Positions 1 through 12,317 of a stretch of 64,000 nucleotides of DNA are shown here, piece by piece. The stretch covers positions 65,162,001 through 65,226,000 of the forward strand of contig OX597815.1 of assembly GCA_951406725.2 (NCBI GenBank), written 5' to 3'. Both the position numbers and the translations under genes were made by a program. The notes beneath the pieces were generated by a model. The model saw only the letters and a list, made by a program, of their open reading frames with translations. It had not been told where the DNA came from and made no database searches. Each line of letters begins with the position of its first letter. Positions within the stretch are counted from its first letter, which is position 1. Source of the DNA: Octopus vulgaris (lineage: Eukaryota).

Positions 1-369
1 CTAAAGCCTCAGAGAACAAAACACACTGTAGTTTCTCTTCTCCGCCAACCTTCATCACAGTAAAACTAAATTGCAAATAAGATTCGTCATATCCCATTTT
101 CTTCTTTGGAAGCATTGTAAGAAAAAAAAAAATTCAGTAAACCAATATAATATAACAATATCAGTGTATATTTATTCCGCATTTATCATAAACTATGGGT
201 GTGCATATATGCCTTACTGTAGCCAACTTTTGGGTGTACTAATTAGCAATGAAGCTTACCTATCACTATTAATTGTTAAAAGAAAACCAAAATATATGTG
301 AGTGTTGTTTTGTCCATAAACCTCCATGAATTGATAACTGTTGAGAAGACAGTTCTGTAAGAACACATT

Positions 370-757
370 GCCATTAAAAACAACCAAGTCTTACAAAGCC
401 CAGCTACCTTGCAGGAGGAAAATAGATGTGTGGCAAAAGGCAAGGTCATGCAGGAACATACATGGGTGAGCAGTCATGCTCACATAAGACTGGAAATAAA
501 CTCACTTGTATGATGATGAGGGTCATTTACAACTATCATAGAATGTCTAGGCAAGAATACATGCAAACATGCACACACACGCATCCACATTATATATAAC
601 AAGCTTCTTTCAGTTTTTATCTACCAGATACATTCTAAGGCTTTGGTCAGCCTTGGATTATAATAGAAGACACTTGCCCAGTGTTGCACAGATGGACTGA
701 AGTGAAAACCACATGGTTCAGAAGCAATCTTCTTAACCACATAGCCACACCTGCACC
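370..757 (-). mobile_element. tRNA-derived SINE (abundant local family), degenerate
   Basis: Minus strand reads gcaggtgtggctatgtggttaagaagattgcttc...gggcaagtgtcttctattat...ccaaagcc...gaaagaagc. The same consensus recurs at about 20580-20875, 32175-32710, 37295-37720, 39381-39730, 47620-47777, 48480-48590, 54565-54712 and 55105-55395. Confidence 0.7.
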
Positions 758-3136
758 TATATATAAACTTGTGGATACCTTGGAATAATTATCAAAATTG
801 GTCCTATTAAGTGAACCAGCTGCATAACATCTACAAGAACATGCTTAAATTTCATGCTCTAGTCAGCCCATCCAAACATGAGAAGAAATAATCATTTACA
901 AGGAATAAATTAGGACATTAAATTATAATTAATCATTTATACCCAGTTTATTTTCTTTTATAAAATAATACAAGAATTCTTTCATTTCTAAATTCAAGTT
1001 TTTAATGTATTTATTTACAGCTAAAATTATTTTTTCTACACAAGAAAAATGCATTTTAATAACAACATGGAACCTTGAGCTGTTTAGTAACTTTTTTCCA
1101 TAATCTAAATTTTACAACCACAAATAAATTCAGAAAAAATACAATGACCTTTAATAATGATGCTAATGCTAGAATAGTGAAAATTATAGAGAATCTTCTT
1201 CAAATATATAAGGCATCAGTATTTATTTTTGAGTTAGTCTGAAGAACGATTATCATCCAATAAAAATGTTTTCATACATGTCAGAGATTTTGTCATCAAA
1301 GTTAACAAGAAGACAAAGGAAAAATACCTGTCCTATGACAATTTCCACCAATCAATCAATTAACATGAATTACTAAAGAATATTAAAGAACACTAATATC
1401 CATAATCAGCATTTTAAGATAATTGGTGGTGCCTATAAAGGGAATATCCAAAAATTCTGTTGTTAAAAAATTACATTATTAAAATTGGAAAAATAATTAA
1501 GTTCAAATAATAGACATATATTTACATTAATAATTATAACTTTAAATATTATTGCTGAATCCCTAGAAAAATTTAATGTATCATCATTCCCAAGGTGTAA
1601 TTTATTACAGAAAGGACATGAATATCCAACTCTTAACAACATCTTGCAAAGCCTGAGGTATTAGACATTTATACGCAACAAATTTTTTTATCATCTAATA
1701 TTTATTTAGAAGACATCTAAGCTGCCCTATCCAAATACATTGAAATTTTTTTTTTAAATCTGAAAGGAAAAAAAGTAATCATTTCTACCTCTATTTTCTA
1801 GCCTAAAACTAATTATTAAAATTTATTCAACCAAATCAAACAAATGAGGAATAAAAGCTTCAAACATATTAATAGCTTATTGATATTGGCATACTCTCAT
1901 CTGGGAATCTAAAAATAGTTTAACTCAACAACATCAAAAACTAAATCAATTCTTTAATTATACTGAAAACATATTACTGCATTCATAAATATATAAATCT
2001 ATGTTTTACTCCCAGCTAAAATGCTTTGATTTGAACTTCTCTCAAAGTTGTTTTGCCATAATTTCAGACCCTCAGCTCTACAATATCCTCTCCATTAGTG
2101 TATTTAGGAATTTTTTTTCTTTTTCCTTTTATAGAATGTCTTACATTTTTCTTGATTTTTGACTAAATTTACACATCATAGCTATTTATGTAATTTATGA
2201 TGTTTTTACATTAGAACAAGATGTTCTTTCTACATTTGTTTCTTCAAAATGCCCAAATTAACAGACAAGCCACCATCACTGTCACTCAAAACAGTCATAC
2301 CTCTCCATGTAGTAGAGAAGGTTGTTACTAAGGAGACTCAAAGTAACACTTCATGCATCACAAAAACAAAATTCAACACTGTTAATCTTATTTGTGAACA
2401 CTACAACTGTAAGTAATCACATTTTATTTTGAGATTTTTTTTTTTTCTTTTTTACAGTCTGAGTATAAAAAAAATGCAGATACAGATGAGATGTCCTAAT
2501 TGCAACAGAAAATTTAACAGCCTCAAAGAGATAAATCAAGATAGAGAAGTAGGGATGGAAGTAATAGCAGAAGTAATGAAGAGAGCATGAGGCTTATAGA
2601 TTTCTTTGCTAGACTAGGAGAGCAGACCATTTTTTTTCTAATATCCATTTTCAAATTAACAATAGAAAGACAAATATTATGGTGATTTGAGCTGAAAGCA
2701 ATGATGACAGGAACAAGAACATTAATGATGACAATAAAAATGGAAGCCAAACAGACCTCCATAAAGACAATTCTACACAATACTAGCATCTACTATAGAA
2801 ACAAGACAGCTGGGTACACATAAAGAAAAACCTAAATCAAAATCACTAATTCCATTGATAGATTCCATTGCCTGGCTAAGCAATGGAGAGTACACAGTGG
2901 TGGCATAGTGTAATATCTATCACTTCCTTTGATGATAGGACTGAGAAAGTCTCAAAGTATTAATGGACTAATAGATTTAGAAATGCTATTGTTCCAAACT
3001 AAACATAAAAATCTAATAATGAAGAGGTGCAGCAGCCAGGAAAAACCACCAGCATTTTTATATCCACTTTCCATACTGGTATGGGTTGGATGAATCATCA
3101 TAGCCCAAGTCCTTATTGGTAGCTATTGCCCTCCCA

Positions 3137-4000
3137 GGCTGGTGCTCACACATTTCATTTTTGACTTGGCTTCTATTAAAAACCTAACCAAAAAAGTTGT
3201 ACTGAATGCCTTTCCAATCACCAATCATTTTCCAAAGTGAACTGATGCATTTTATGTCACTAACAATAGAGGCTGACATTTCCTTGATGAGACAAGACTA
3301 AATGGTCCTCTCAAGCCCATACAACACATTCACTGACCACTTAACTGTTAGAACAAAAGAGTACCTACTAACTATTGAGCCTGCATACACCCTCTCACAC
3401 AAAAAAAAATGCACATTAACAAATATTGTGCACACACATATGGAGAGAGAGGAGGGTAAAGGAGATACATTTATATACTAGCACTAACATATACAAAATG
3501 CTTACATCTATGCTTCAATCCAGATATGGGTGTATGGCCGGTTAGATATACATGCAATTCCATGTTCCTTCTTTTTGATTGGCACAGTACTGGTGCAGTC
3601 ACCTCTTTTGTGCATTATGTCTGATTCCTCTTATATTCAAATTTGCTCTCAGCTCATTTGTGGTCTGTTGTTCATGTACACTCACATTACATACCCACCA
3701 GAGCATATCTCATTTCTCATCAGCCTTCCACACATTCTCTACACCTAGGTAATAGAAGCTACTTCAAGGGAAACCTCTGGATATTTTGAAGCTGGTGCTC
3801 ATACATTTCATTTTGGGCTTGCTTTCTATGGCTGAGTACCCTTCATGTCATCAACCACTTTCCAAGGTGTACTAGATGCATTTTAACATATTACCAGCAA
3901 TAAAGGTTGCTATGTCCTTTATGAGAGAAGACTAAAGTGTCCTCTTGACCCACTTTTCTCAACATGTTCCACAACCACTTTACCACGGAGATCAAAGACT
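3137..4000. repeat. Two diverged direct copies of a ~200-bp repeat fragment (about 3137-3345 and 3791-3985)
   Basis: Both start gctggtgctcaYacatttcatttt and contain gatgcatttta...atgagaSaagactaaa...tcctct. Confidence 0.55.
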
Positions 4001-4289
4001 GCTCAGTGCTCTAAAAAATGGTACATACAAACACACACCCCTAAGGGAAACATACCCATAAACATACATAGACATTATATATATACTAGCATACCCATGT
4101 CAGCAAAAATGTTGACACTTCTATTAATGATAGAAAATGGTGCATCAAAACAATGGGAGAAACCACTAATGTCAGCAATTGAGTAAATATATGTACATAC
4201 ACAGAATTGAAGCACTTGAACAGATATAGTTGTAATGTCTCAGTTAAAAATATTTTCATCCCCATAGTCTTAGTAACTAGGAAGGCTAA

Positions 4290-5087
4290 AGTGAGCTAGT
4301 AGGAAGACAGACAAATTACAAATCTTATAAGGGAGATGGCTCAGCTTGATCTGTAGAAAAGGCATAGGTAGAAACTCCATAAGATGTACCCAGTGTAAGC
4401 TATGGACAGATAAGAGGTGAAGTAATATCAAAGGAAGGTTAACTGGGAAGATAGTTTGTGTGTGACAGATGGACAAGTGCAATAAACACCAAAGATGTGC
4501 AGAAAACAGATTTCATCATATGTCAGGGAGAAAAACTAGAAGTAATTGATAGCTTCCATTATCTAGGTGACCAAGTCAGTAGTAGGGGTGGATGCTCTGA
4601 GAGCATAGCTGCTAGAATAAGAATAGCCTGGAAGAAGTTCAGAGAGCTCCTACTTCTGTTGGTAATAAAGGGCCTCTCACTCAGAGAGAAAGGTAGACTG
4701 TATGATGCATTTTTGAACAGCCATGCTACATGGCAGTGAAACATGGGCTGTGACTGCTGAGGACATGCGTAAGCTTGAAAGAAATGAAGCTAGTATGCTC
4801 TGCTGGATGTGTAATGTCAGTGGGCATACACAACAGAGTGTAAGTGACCTGACGGAAAAGTTGGATATAAGAAGCATCAGATGTGGTATGCAAAAGAGAC
4901 AACTGCACTGGTATGGTCATCTGTTGCATATGGATAAGGACAGCTATGTGAAGAAGTGTCACACCGTAATAGTGGCGGGAACCTGTGGAAGAGGTAGAAC
5001 CAGAAAGACATGGAATGAGGTGGTGAAGTATGACCTTTGAATGTTGGGCCTCACAGAGGCCATGACAAGTGACTGAGACCTTTGGAG

Positions 5088-5088
<1 letters not shown>
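4290..5088 (+). mobile_element. RTE-clade LINE, 5'-truncated 3' fragment (pseudogenised)
   Basis: Broken ORF pieces LEVIDSFHYLGDQV, AWKKFRELL, MLHGSETWAV, QLHWYGHL, GRGRTRKTW. Same family as 21904-23425. Ends in (TG)n(TA)n. Confidence 0.88.

Positions 5089-5160
<72 letters not shown>
5089..5160. repeat. Compound (TG)n(TA)n microsatellite
   Basis: Directly visible. Confidence 0.95.
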
Positions 5161-5826
5161 AAGAGATGAATAAGTGGAAATGTACTGAAGAACACTCCTT
5201 ATTCCATACCTCTAAAATTGTTTCCATACAGCATAAAACCCACAGTACAATGGTGAGATGATATAACATACTTCATAATCACTATCATCCATCAAGTGTG
5301 TAGAATGTGTTTTTTTTCAAGTGATTATCCATAATAAATAAGAGCGAAATTCTCTCTGTCCACCTAGGGCCCCTGTATCTCAGTCAACATTTGCTCTACA
5401 TAAACATATACATTTTTGAAAGCAGCATGATCCCTGAATTGAAAATCTACCCTTCATTTGGTTCTTGAAAATCCAGCATTGGGATCTGATTTAAAAGTAT
5501 TTGGGTTGCTATTTCTAGCAGGTAAAGTTTGGCTGATTCATGCCATCTCGGTTGGCATGTCAGATGTTGTCAGAGATCAAGGGGGAGATAAATGACATTC
5601 GCTTTGTTAGTTTTACATTGAGATATGAACTTTGGGACAAATTGATTAACAGCTGGAATTCAACTTCAGATTGGAACAATACAATGATTGCATTACACCA
5701 TTGGGGCATATAATCAATACAGACATATTACAGTCATGCTAATTAACTCTCTTAAGTTTTGGGGTGCAGGCCCAATTAGCCCTCTACACAAGCTAGCTTA
5801 AATGTCCGCATGGAGTACGGCTTTTA

Positions 5827-5871
5827 AGATCAGACTGTCATTTCACTCTGAGTGAAATGACAGTCTGATCT
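5827..5871. repeat. Perfect palindrome, 22-bp arms with 1-nt centre
   Basis: agatcagactgtcatttcactc-t-gagtgaaatgacagtctgatct, with imperfect extension to about 5801-5900. Confidence 0.92.
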
Positions 5872-6317
5872 GTAAAACGATAGTCCAAGTGAAATGACAT
5901 TTTACACCTTTGATGGTTGATAGTAAATTACACAATATGTTAATTATATCATCTCACCAATATACTGCAGGTATAACAATGTGCAGAAACAATTTAAGTG
6001 ACATGAACTAAAGAATGTCATTCAATTCATTTTCACTTATTCATCTCTTTATATAAACTCTACAGATACTATGCAATTCCAGATGTAAATCCAGTGACAC
6101 AAGTTTTCCCATTGTATGAGAACATTCAGTAACCAATAACTGGGGATGACCTTTGGCACAGCATACAAAGTTTTTACCCAAATTTTACTCAACTCTCTCT
6201 CTATAAATATAGCTGTATGAGTGAGGAAGATACATTTATACTTCTACTTATATATGGAGAAATACATTTGTAGATACATGCTCCAAACAGATACACAAAT
6301 GGGTTTGTTAGCAGGTA

Positions 6318-7334
6318 TCTTTATATATATAAAACTGAGAATGTATGTCTGTCTGTCTGTGTGTTTCCCTAAAACTTGAGAACTACACAACCAATTTCAT
6401 TCAAATTTTACACATGCCTTACTTAGAGTCCATGTAGTTTCATGGGCAAAAAAAATGTTCAACTTCTTGCCTAGGGCGAGCCCATAGCAATATCATATCT
6501 TCTCCACTATTTCAGTATTACATGTTAAAAGTGAAACAAAAGCGTTTCTCTATTTTATGTCAGATATTTTCACTTTAACAATAAAAATAATAATAACAAT
6601 TGAATTATATGTAGTAAGTAATAATTAAAATCAAACTAAAGTATAATATAATCGTAACATAAAAATAGCAATTGGTATAAAATTGCATCAATGACTTGAA
6701 CTTGAATAAGTGGTTTTACATGAATGGGAATAAATTAAAAATAAAATTAGCATGCAGAAATGGAATAGTCCAGATGGATAATAAAAAATTAAATTAAAGA
6801 AAAGACTATTGTCTATAAAGTATACAATGTAGAGAAAAAAGATTTGAACACATGGAGGAAAGCACCTTCGAAAAGTGTCTTGGTGCGACTATGAAAGGTA
6901 TCTGATCAGAGGCGGTAAATTCACCACAATAGATGCAAGGTTCGAGTCAACGGAGTGTGCAAGGGAGTACTCGACTCGAACTTGCAAAGTGGAAATATTT
7001 TATTTTTATCTTTATATCTGGGACGTAGGACGTCCCGGAAAAAAAGTTTTAATCCCCCCCCCAAAAAAAAAAGTAGAGGTAGGCCACACTTCTATACAAG
7101 AGGGAGGACAAGATACAATTGATCAAAATTACAAGAGACGGGCTAACAATTCCAGTCTGTTATATATTTTGAGTATTGTTATCACTAGCGATATCAAAAT
7201 ATAACTGTATTTTGTATTTTATGTGTAGATGTATATATATATATATAGATGTACATGTAATATGTACACATATATATACACATATATACATGCACTAGCA
7301 CTATGACTCGGCAACGACGGGTCTTTAATGCTAG
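6318..7334 (+). mobile_element. Non-autonomous Helitron
   Basis: 5' TCTTTATATATATAAAA followed by (GTCT)n. 3' hairpin gactcggcaacgacgggtc, then terminal CTAG. Inserted between A (6317) and T (7335) with no TSD. Confidence 0.8.
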
Positions 7335-7379
7335 TAAACATATAAGAGGATGATGCCTAATGTAAGATCAAAGTGCAAC

Positions 7380-8010
7380 AGACATCAGTGTCTACCACCA
7401 ATATGGCTCTGCTGTCACCTATAACATTTTTTGTCAAGAAGGGCATCAAACAAGGAGATACATTCTCTCCAAAGCTCATCACTGCATACTTGAAATGATC
7501 ATGAGAGACATTAAGTAGAAAAGTGGCATCAGTACTACCAGCAAACTACTAACACATTTCTAATTCACTGATGATATTGTGCTCATTGCAGAAATGGATC
7601 ATGGATCAACTGCAGAGTTGGATACCCTGAGTTCAGTAGTAGACCTCAATATAGACTATATGGAAACAAAATACATGCAATCTTAAACTGTAGCACAACA
7701 CCAAATAGTGATAGGAAGCAATGAAATCCAAGAGGTGAAGGAGTACATCTACTTGGGAACAGTAAATCTATGCCAAGACATGAATAACAAAATCTCATAC
7801 AAAGAGCAGGATAGAAGTTGTCTGCTTCAAAGACGAGCTCAAAGCAACAGCCGGATAAAATCCTGCAAGCCTAACTCTTTAATAGCACCATACAACTTGT
7901 ACTCTTATACACAGGTGAGACATGGGCAACTATGAAGAGAGAAGAGCAGCTGACAACACAGAAAGCCATAAAAGAGATCCATACTAAGAATATCATTGTG
8001 AAAGCATATC
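7380..8010 (+). mobile_element. Degenerate RTE-type LINE RT fragment (second lineage)
   Basis: Fragments KGIKQGDTFSPKL, FTDDIVLIAE and IQEVKEYIYLG with many stops and frameshifts. Confidence 0.7.
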
Positions 8011-8489
8011 CAAGCCAATACAAGTGTATATAAATATACGTAAGAGCACACAAGAAAATATAAGTAAGAGTGTCTGCAAGAGTTCATTTAAATACAAAGG
8101 CATGGATCTGCAAATATATACTTATACATTTATATACACTGGCAACATTATATATACACAAGCAGACAATATATATATAGATGAACTTGTTTATAAACAA
8201 ATACGTAATCAAGCTTTCATAGACAAAATGTTATCAATACAAATACACTAACTTGCAAACATATAGAAACAAATGTGGAGGAAATGGAGATTAAAAGAAA
8301 AAGATGTGTCACCAAGATATTGGAAAGATAAATGAAATTAAACTAAAGAAATTGTGAATATGTATGGCAATCTTAATGACTTTCTAAATAGAACAAGGAA
8401 GGAGTAGAGAAATCAATGGTGATAGTATGGTAGGTGGATGTGGAGAATACATAAAGATGGTGGGAAAGAGAGGAGGATATGTTTAAAAT

Positions 8490-9110
8490 ATTCAGGGTCC
8501 TGAAAGTCTTATGTCAGCAAGAAAAGCCAAGTTTGGAATGATTGTTAAATAAATTAAGTAGAGAGAAGAGAATCTTATAGGCCTCATGTAAGCTATGTTG
8601 AAGGGATTATTATTTACATATGATGAAGTAATACAGAGTAATCTAGGAAATATTGTACAGTCATTCAATGCCCTTAAGGATAAGATTGTGACCATAGAGA
8701 AATTAAATTGTCATATTTCTATCTGAACTCTGGAATGAATACTGGTGTAAATGAATGCCTCTCTCTCTCTCTCCAATTTCTATGGAATTGACACATTAGC
8801 CCATGTATGAGCAAGAGGAAGAATAGAGTTAATACTTCTATACTTTTCCTTGGTAGTATTCTTGGAAAAGACTTGTACTGGTGTTTGCACAGTTACAGTT
8901 GATTGAGGTTAGCGGTAATCATTATTGCTTGGGTAAAATTGTAGGTCGTAGAGTATTGTTTTTGCTCTGTAATTTATAGCATTTCTGGTTGGGGAAATTG
9001 TTTGTGTAATAATATGAATGATATCTGTCTATGGATGTAAGTTGAAAGATGGATTATACCTGAAGCTCCTGATTTTCTATTTCTACTTCTGTTCAAGAAG
9101 ATATATATTC
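8490..9110 (-). mobile_element. Highly degenerate non-LTR retroelement remnant (possibly I/Nimb group)
   Basis: VTILSLRALND...SSYVNN resembles the SVTLFLIAIND...LYVDD RT motifs. Weak match. Confidence 0.3.
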
Positions 9111-9894
9111 TACTTCTTTATGACAGGTAGATTAATTTAAAACAGTAAACCTTTTTTATAATGACATAATGTTTATATATACACAAATACACACACTCTA
9201 CATCATTTTGCATTTCAGTGCTGTTTTTTCTTTGGAAAAGAATTTTTGTAATACAGCATATCTATCTGTGTTTGTATCCACATACACACACATATATGAA
9301 TACTTACATATATAAGTGCTACTATGGCATGCAGGTTATATCAGAATAGTCAAAGTGAAATGATGAAGAAAAGAAAAAACAAGCAGAAATGCAGATTACC
9401 GGGTAAGCTACAGCCAGTCAAAATATTGCTTACTAGCCAACAATATAAGATTTAAAATAAATATATATACATATCATTATTATTATTAAGATAAGAAAAC
9501 AAAAACTGTGCTTTGGAATTGATAATTCCATTGTTTTTGTTTCAGTTATTTTCATTTTAGTTCAACACAAATTTAATATTGAATTTCATTGCTAAGTTAC
9601 AGAACATAAACTAAGAACATAGCTTTTCAAATGGTATCAGTGTAAAGACAGACACCTAAACACACATATGTTGATGTCTTAAGGAAAAAAACTAGGGTTA
9701 ATGCTTGGAGGGTGAAAATAAATACAAGTCAAATGTTAAGCCAAACCAGCACAGAGACAGATCAAGTTGAAAACACATATATATATATATATATATAATT
9801 AGTCATAAAATACAGTGTACATTTAAACACATAAGGAATCTACTGATGGGATTCAACATGCTAGAAAGAACAGCTAGGTTCTAAAACCACAAAA

Positions 9895-10278
9895 TTAGGG
9901 ATAAAATTCGACAGGAACGAAATGAAAAAATAAAAACATTTTACCATCTAATTTCCTGGACCAATTGGTTTCTGATTTTAATTTAGCAAGTAAATAACTT
10001 TTACTCACGAGGTGAAATCGTTTTCAACAGGTACACCTTAGATTAAATATATAAACACGAGGTGATCAACTATGCGCCCCTTGTTTATACGTCCTAATTT
10101 TTTCAAAATCTACTGCACAGATGCAGTCCTTCGCCGGCAATAAAAATATGCCAACTTTTAAAAACCGAAAATTATCCAAAAACTTACAATATTTAATCAT
10201 ATCAAAGGGAAATGGAAATTAATACAAATTTTAATTTCCAGTGGCCTAGCATGTAAAAATTTAGTCCAAAGACTATGT
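9895..10278 (-). mobile_element. Short insertion carrying a hammerhead-like motif, flanked by ~97-bp direct repeats (9798-9894 and 10279-10375)
   Basis: Flanking copies attagtcataaaatacagtgtacatttaaacac...ggattcaacatgctag...cagctagg are visible on both sides. The insert is richer in CpG than its flanks. Confidence 0.6.
9955..10031 (-). ncRNA. Candidate type I hammerhead ribozyme, U3:A8 core variant
   Basis: Minus-strand RNA: CCUG-UUGAAAA-C-GAUUU...AAAUC-A-GAAA-CCAAUUGG-UC-CAGG. Stem I CCUG/CAGG, palindromic stem III ACCAAUUGGU, GUC cleavage triplet at 9961-9959. Confidence 0.5.
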
Positions 10279-11083
10279 ATTAGTCATAAAATACAGTGTA
10301 CATTTAAACACAAGGAATCCACTCATGGGATTCAACATGCTAGCAAGAACAGCTAGGATATAGAACCAACAAAAAATAAGTCCTGGTGTCGATTTGCTCG
10401 ACTAAAGGCAGTGCTAAATGCAGATTCTTATCTGTTGTTGTTTATCTTATATAACAGTACATTCAGAGTTAATAAAACTAGGAGCATAAAATGAAATTAA
10501 CAGCTCATCTTAAAAAAACCCATTTAAACAGCATTTTGCAATTTTCCAAAGCTACATAACGTAAGCTATAACTATAACTAAAATAGCTTGATGTAGGCAC
10601 ATACGCCCAGGGTAAGCATAAATAATTTGTATACATGACCTTAAATGCAGCCTTATGTAATGTATTAAATTCTTATAGCTTATGATGCATTAAGATTTTT
10701 TTGCCACTTCACAGAATAATAGTAACACAGTTTTTAGTTAACATACGAGGAACATTAAATGTTGCTTGAAGTTTAAAAAGCTTAATAACGTATACTTCAA
10801 AAACAAACCATAACACTTTCTCCTAATTAAATTCTTTTGAACAGTCCTTAAAAAATGTTTTAAAGAATCTTATGTCTCTTAACTGAATTTGAATTTTTTT
10901 TCTTTTTCATTTCAAAATTAAAGTCAGATAATATACTGAGAGACAATATGAAATGATGACAATATTTACTATATTTTGGTTTTTTTCTTTTTTAAAAAAC
11001 AAAATTAACCTCAAATACAACTTAGAAAAATATAATATAACCTGTAATGTAGGGACTCCATCTACCAATGTTGAACATACATA

Positions 11084-12317
11084 CAGGAGTTGGACAAAAT
11101 AATGGAAACACCTAGCATCATAATTTTGAAATATCTATAAAACTGTCAAAAGCTTGTTTATTTTTATGTTGTTTGATTTATTATTAGTGTTGCTTAATAT
11201 GTTTTGCTTAAAATTGCTGTTTCTTTTCAGATATCATCAGAAAAAGGTATTTAAAATGACAGATCTATCAGACTTTCAAAGAAATCAAATTGTTGGTGCT
11301 TGTATGGCAGGAGCTAGCATAATGAAAACAGCCGAAATATTTGGTGTGTCAAGAAGTACTGTCTCAAAAGTAATGACAGCCTTTGAGAAAGAGGGAAAAA
11401 CCTCCTCACTGAAACAAAACTCTGGAAGAAAATCAACTTTCAGATAGGGATCGTCAAACTCTTACATGAATTGTTAGAAAGGATCACAAAAGTACAGCTG
11501 CTAAAATTACTGAAGAGCTTCATGACCACCTCGAGAACCTAGTTTCCACAAAAACTGTTCACTGGGAGCTGCACAAAGCCAGATTTCACGGGCGGGCTGT
11601 AATCAGAAAACCACTACTTTCAAAAACAAATGTTGCAAAGCATTTAGAGTGGAGTAAAAACCTACAGAATTGGTCCCTAGAGCAGTGGAAGAATGTTATT
11701 TTCTTAGACAAGTCATCCTTTACCTTACTTCTGACCACTGAGTATACATGTGAAGACAGCCAAAAGAAGCATTTGATCCAGACTGACTTCTTCCAACTGT
11801 TAAACATGGAGGAGGATCTGTGATGATCTGGTGGGACTATATCTTGGAAATCCACTGGCCCAATGGTTTCCTTTCATGGCAGAATTAATAGTCAAGACTA
11901 TTTAAGCATCTTATCAAATTCATCCTATGATTACAGAACTGTTTCCGGGGGAAAACACAATCTCTCAGGATGATAATGCACCAATTCACACAGCTAAAGT
12001 TGTTACTGAATGGCACGAGGAACATTCTAGTGAAGCTGAACATTTTATCTGGCCACCACAGTCCCCAGATCTCAATATTATTGAACATTTATGGTGCATT
12101 TTAGAAAAACAAGTAAGGAGTCAATATCCTCACTACAAGAACTGGAGACGGTTTTAGCTGAAGAATGGACAAAAATTCCTTCAGAAACAATTCAAACTTT
12201 GTACGAGTTCATACTTCATGGAATTCAAGCTGTAATTAGTGCCAAAGGTGGTGTTACCCCATATTAAAATAAATTTGTTCGAAATTTTAAGGTGTTTCCA
12301 TTATTGTCCAACCCCTG
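11084..12317 (+). mobile_element. Tc1 (DD34E) DNA transposon, full length, transposase pseudogenised (about 11256-12267)
   Basis: TA TSDs at 11082-83 and 12318-19. ~29-bp TIRs CAGGRGTTGGACAA(AA)TAATGGAAACACCT. HTH MTDLSDFQRNQIVG...GVSRSTVSKV, QDDNAPIH and WPPQSPDLNIIEHLW. Contains stops and frameshifts. Confidence 0.93.
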
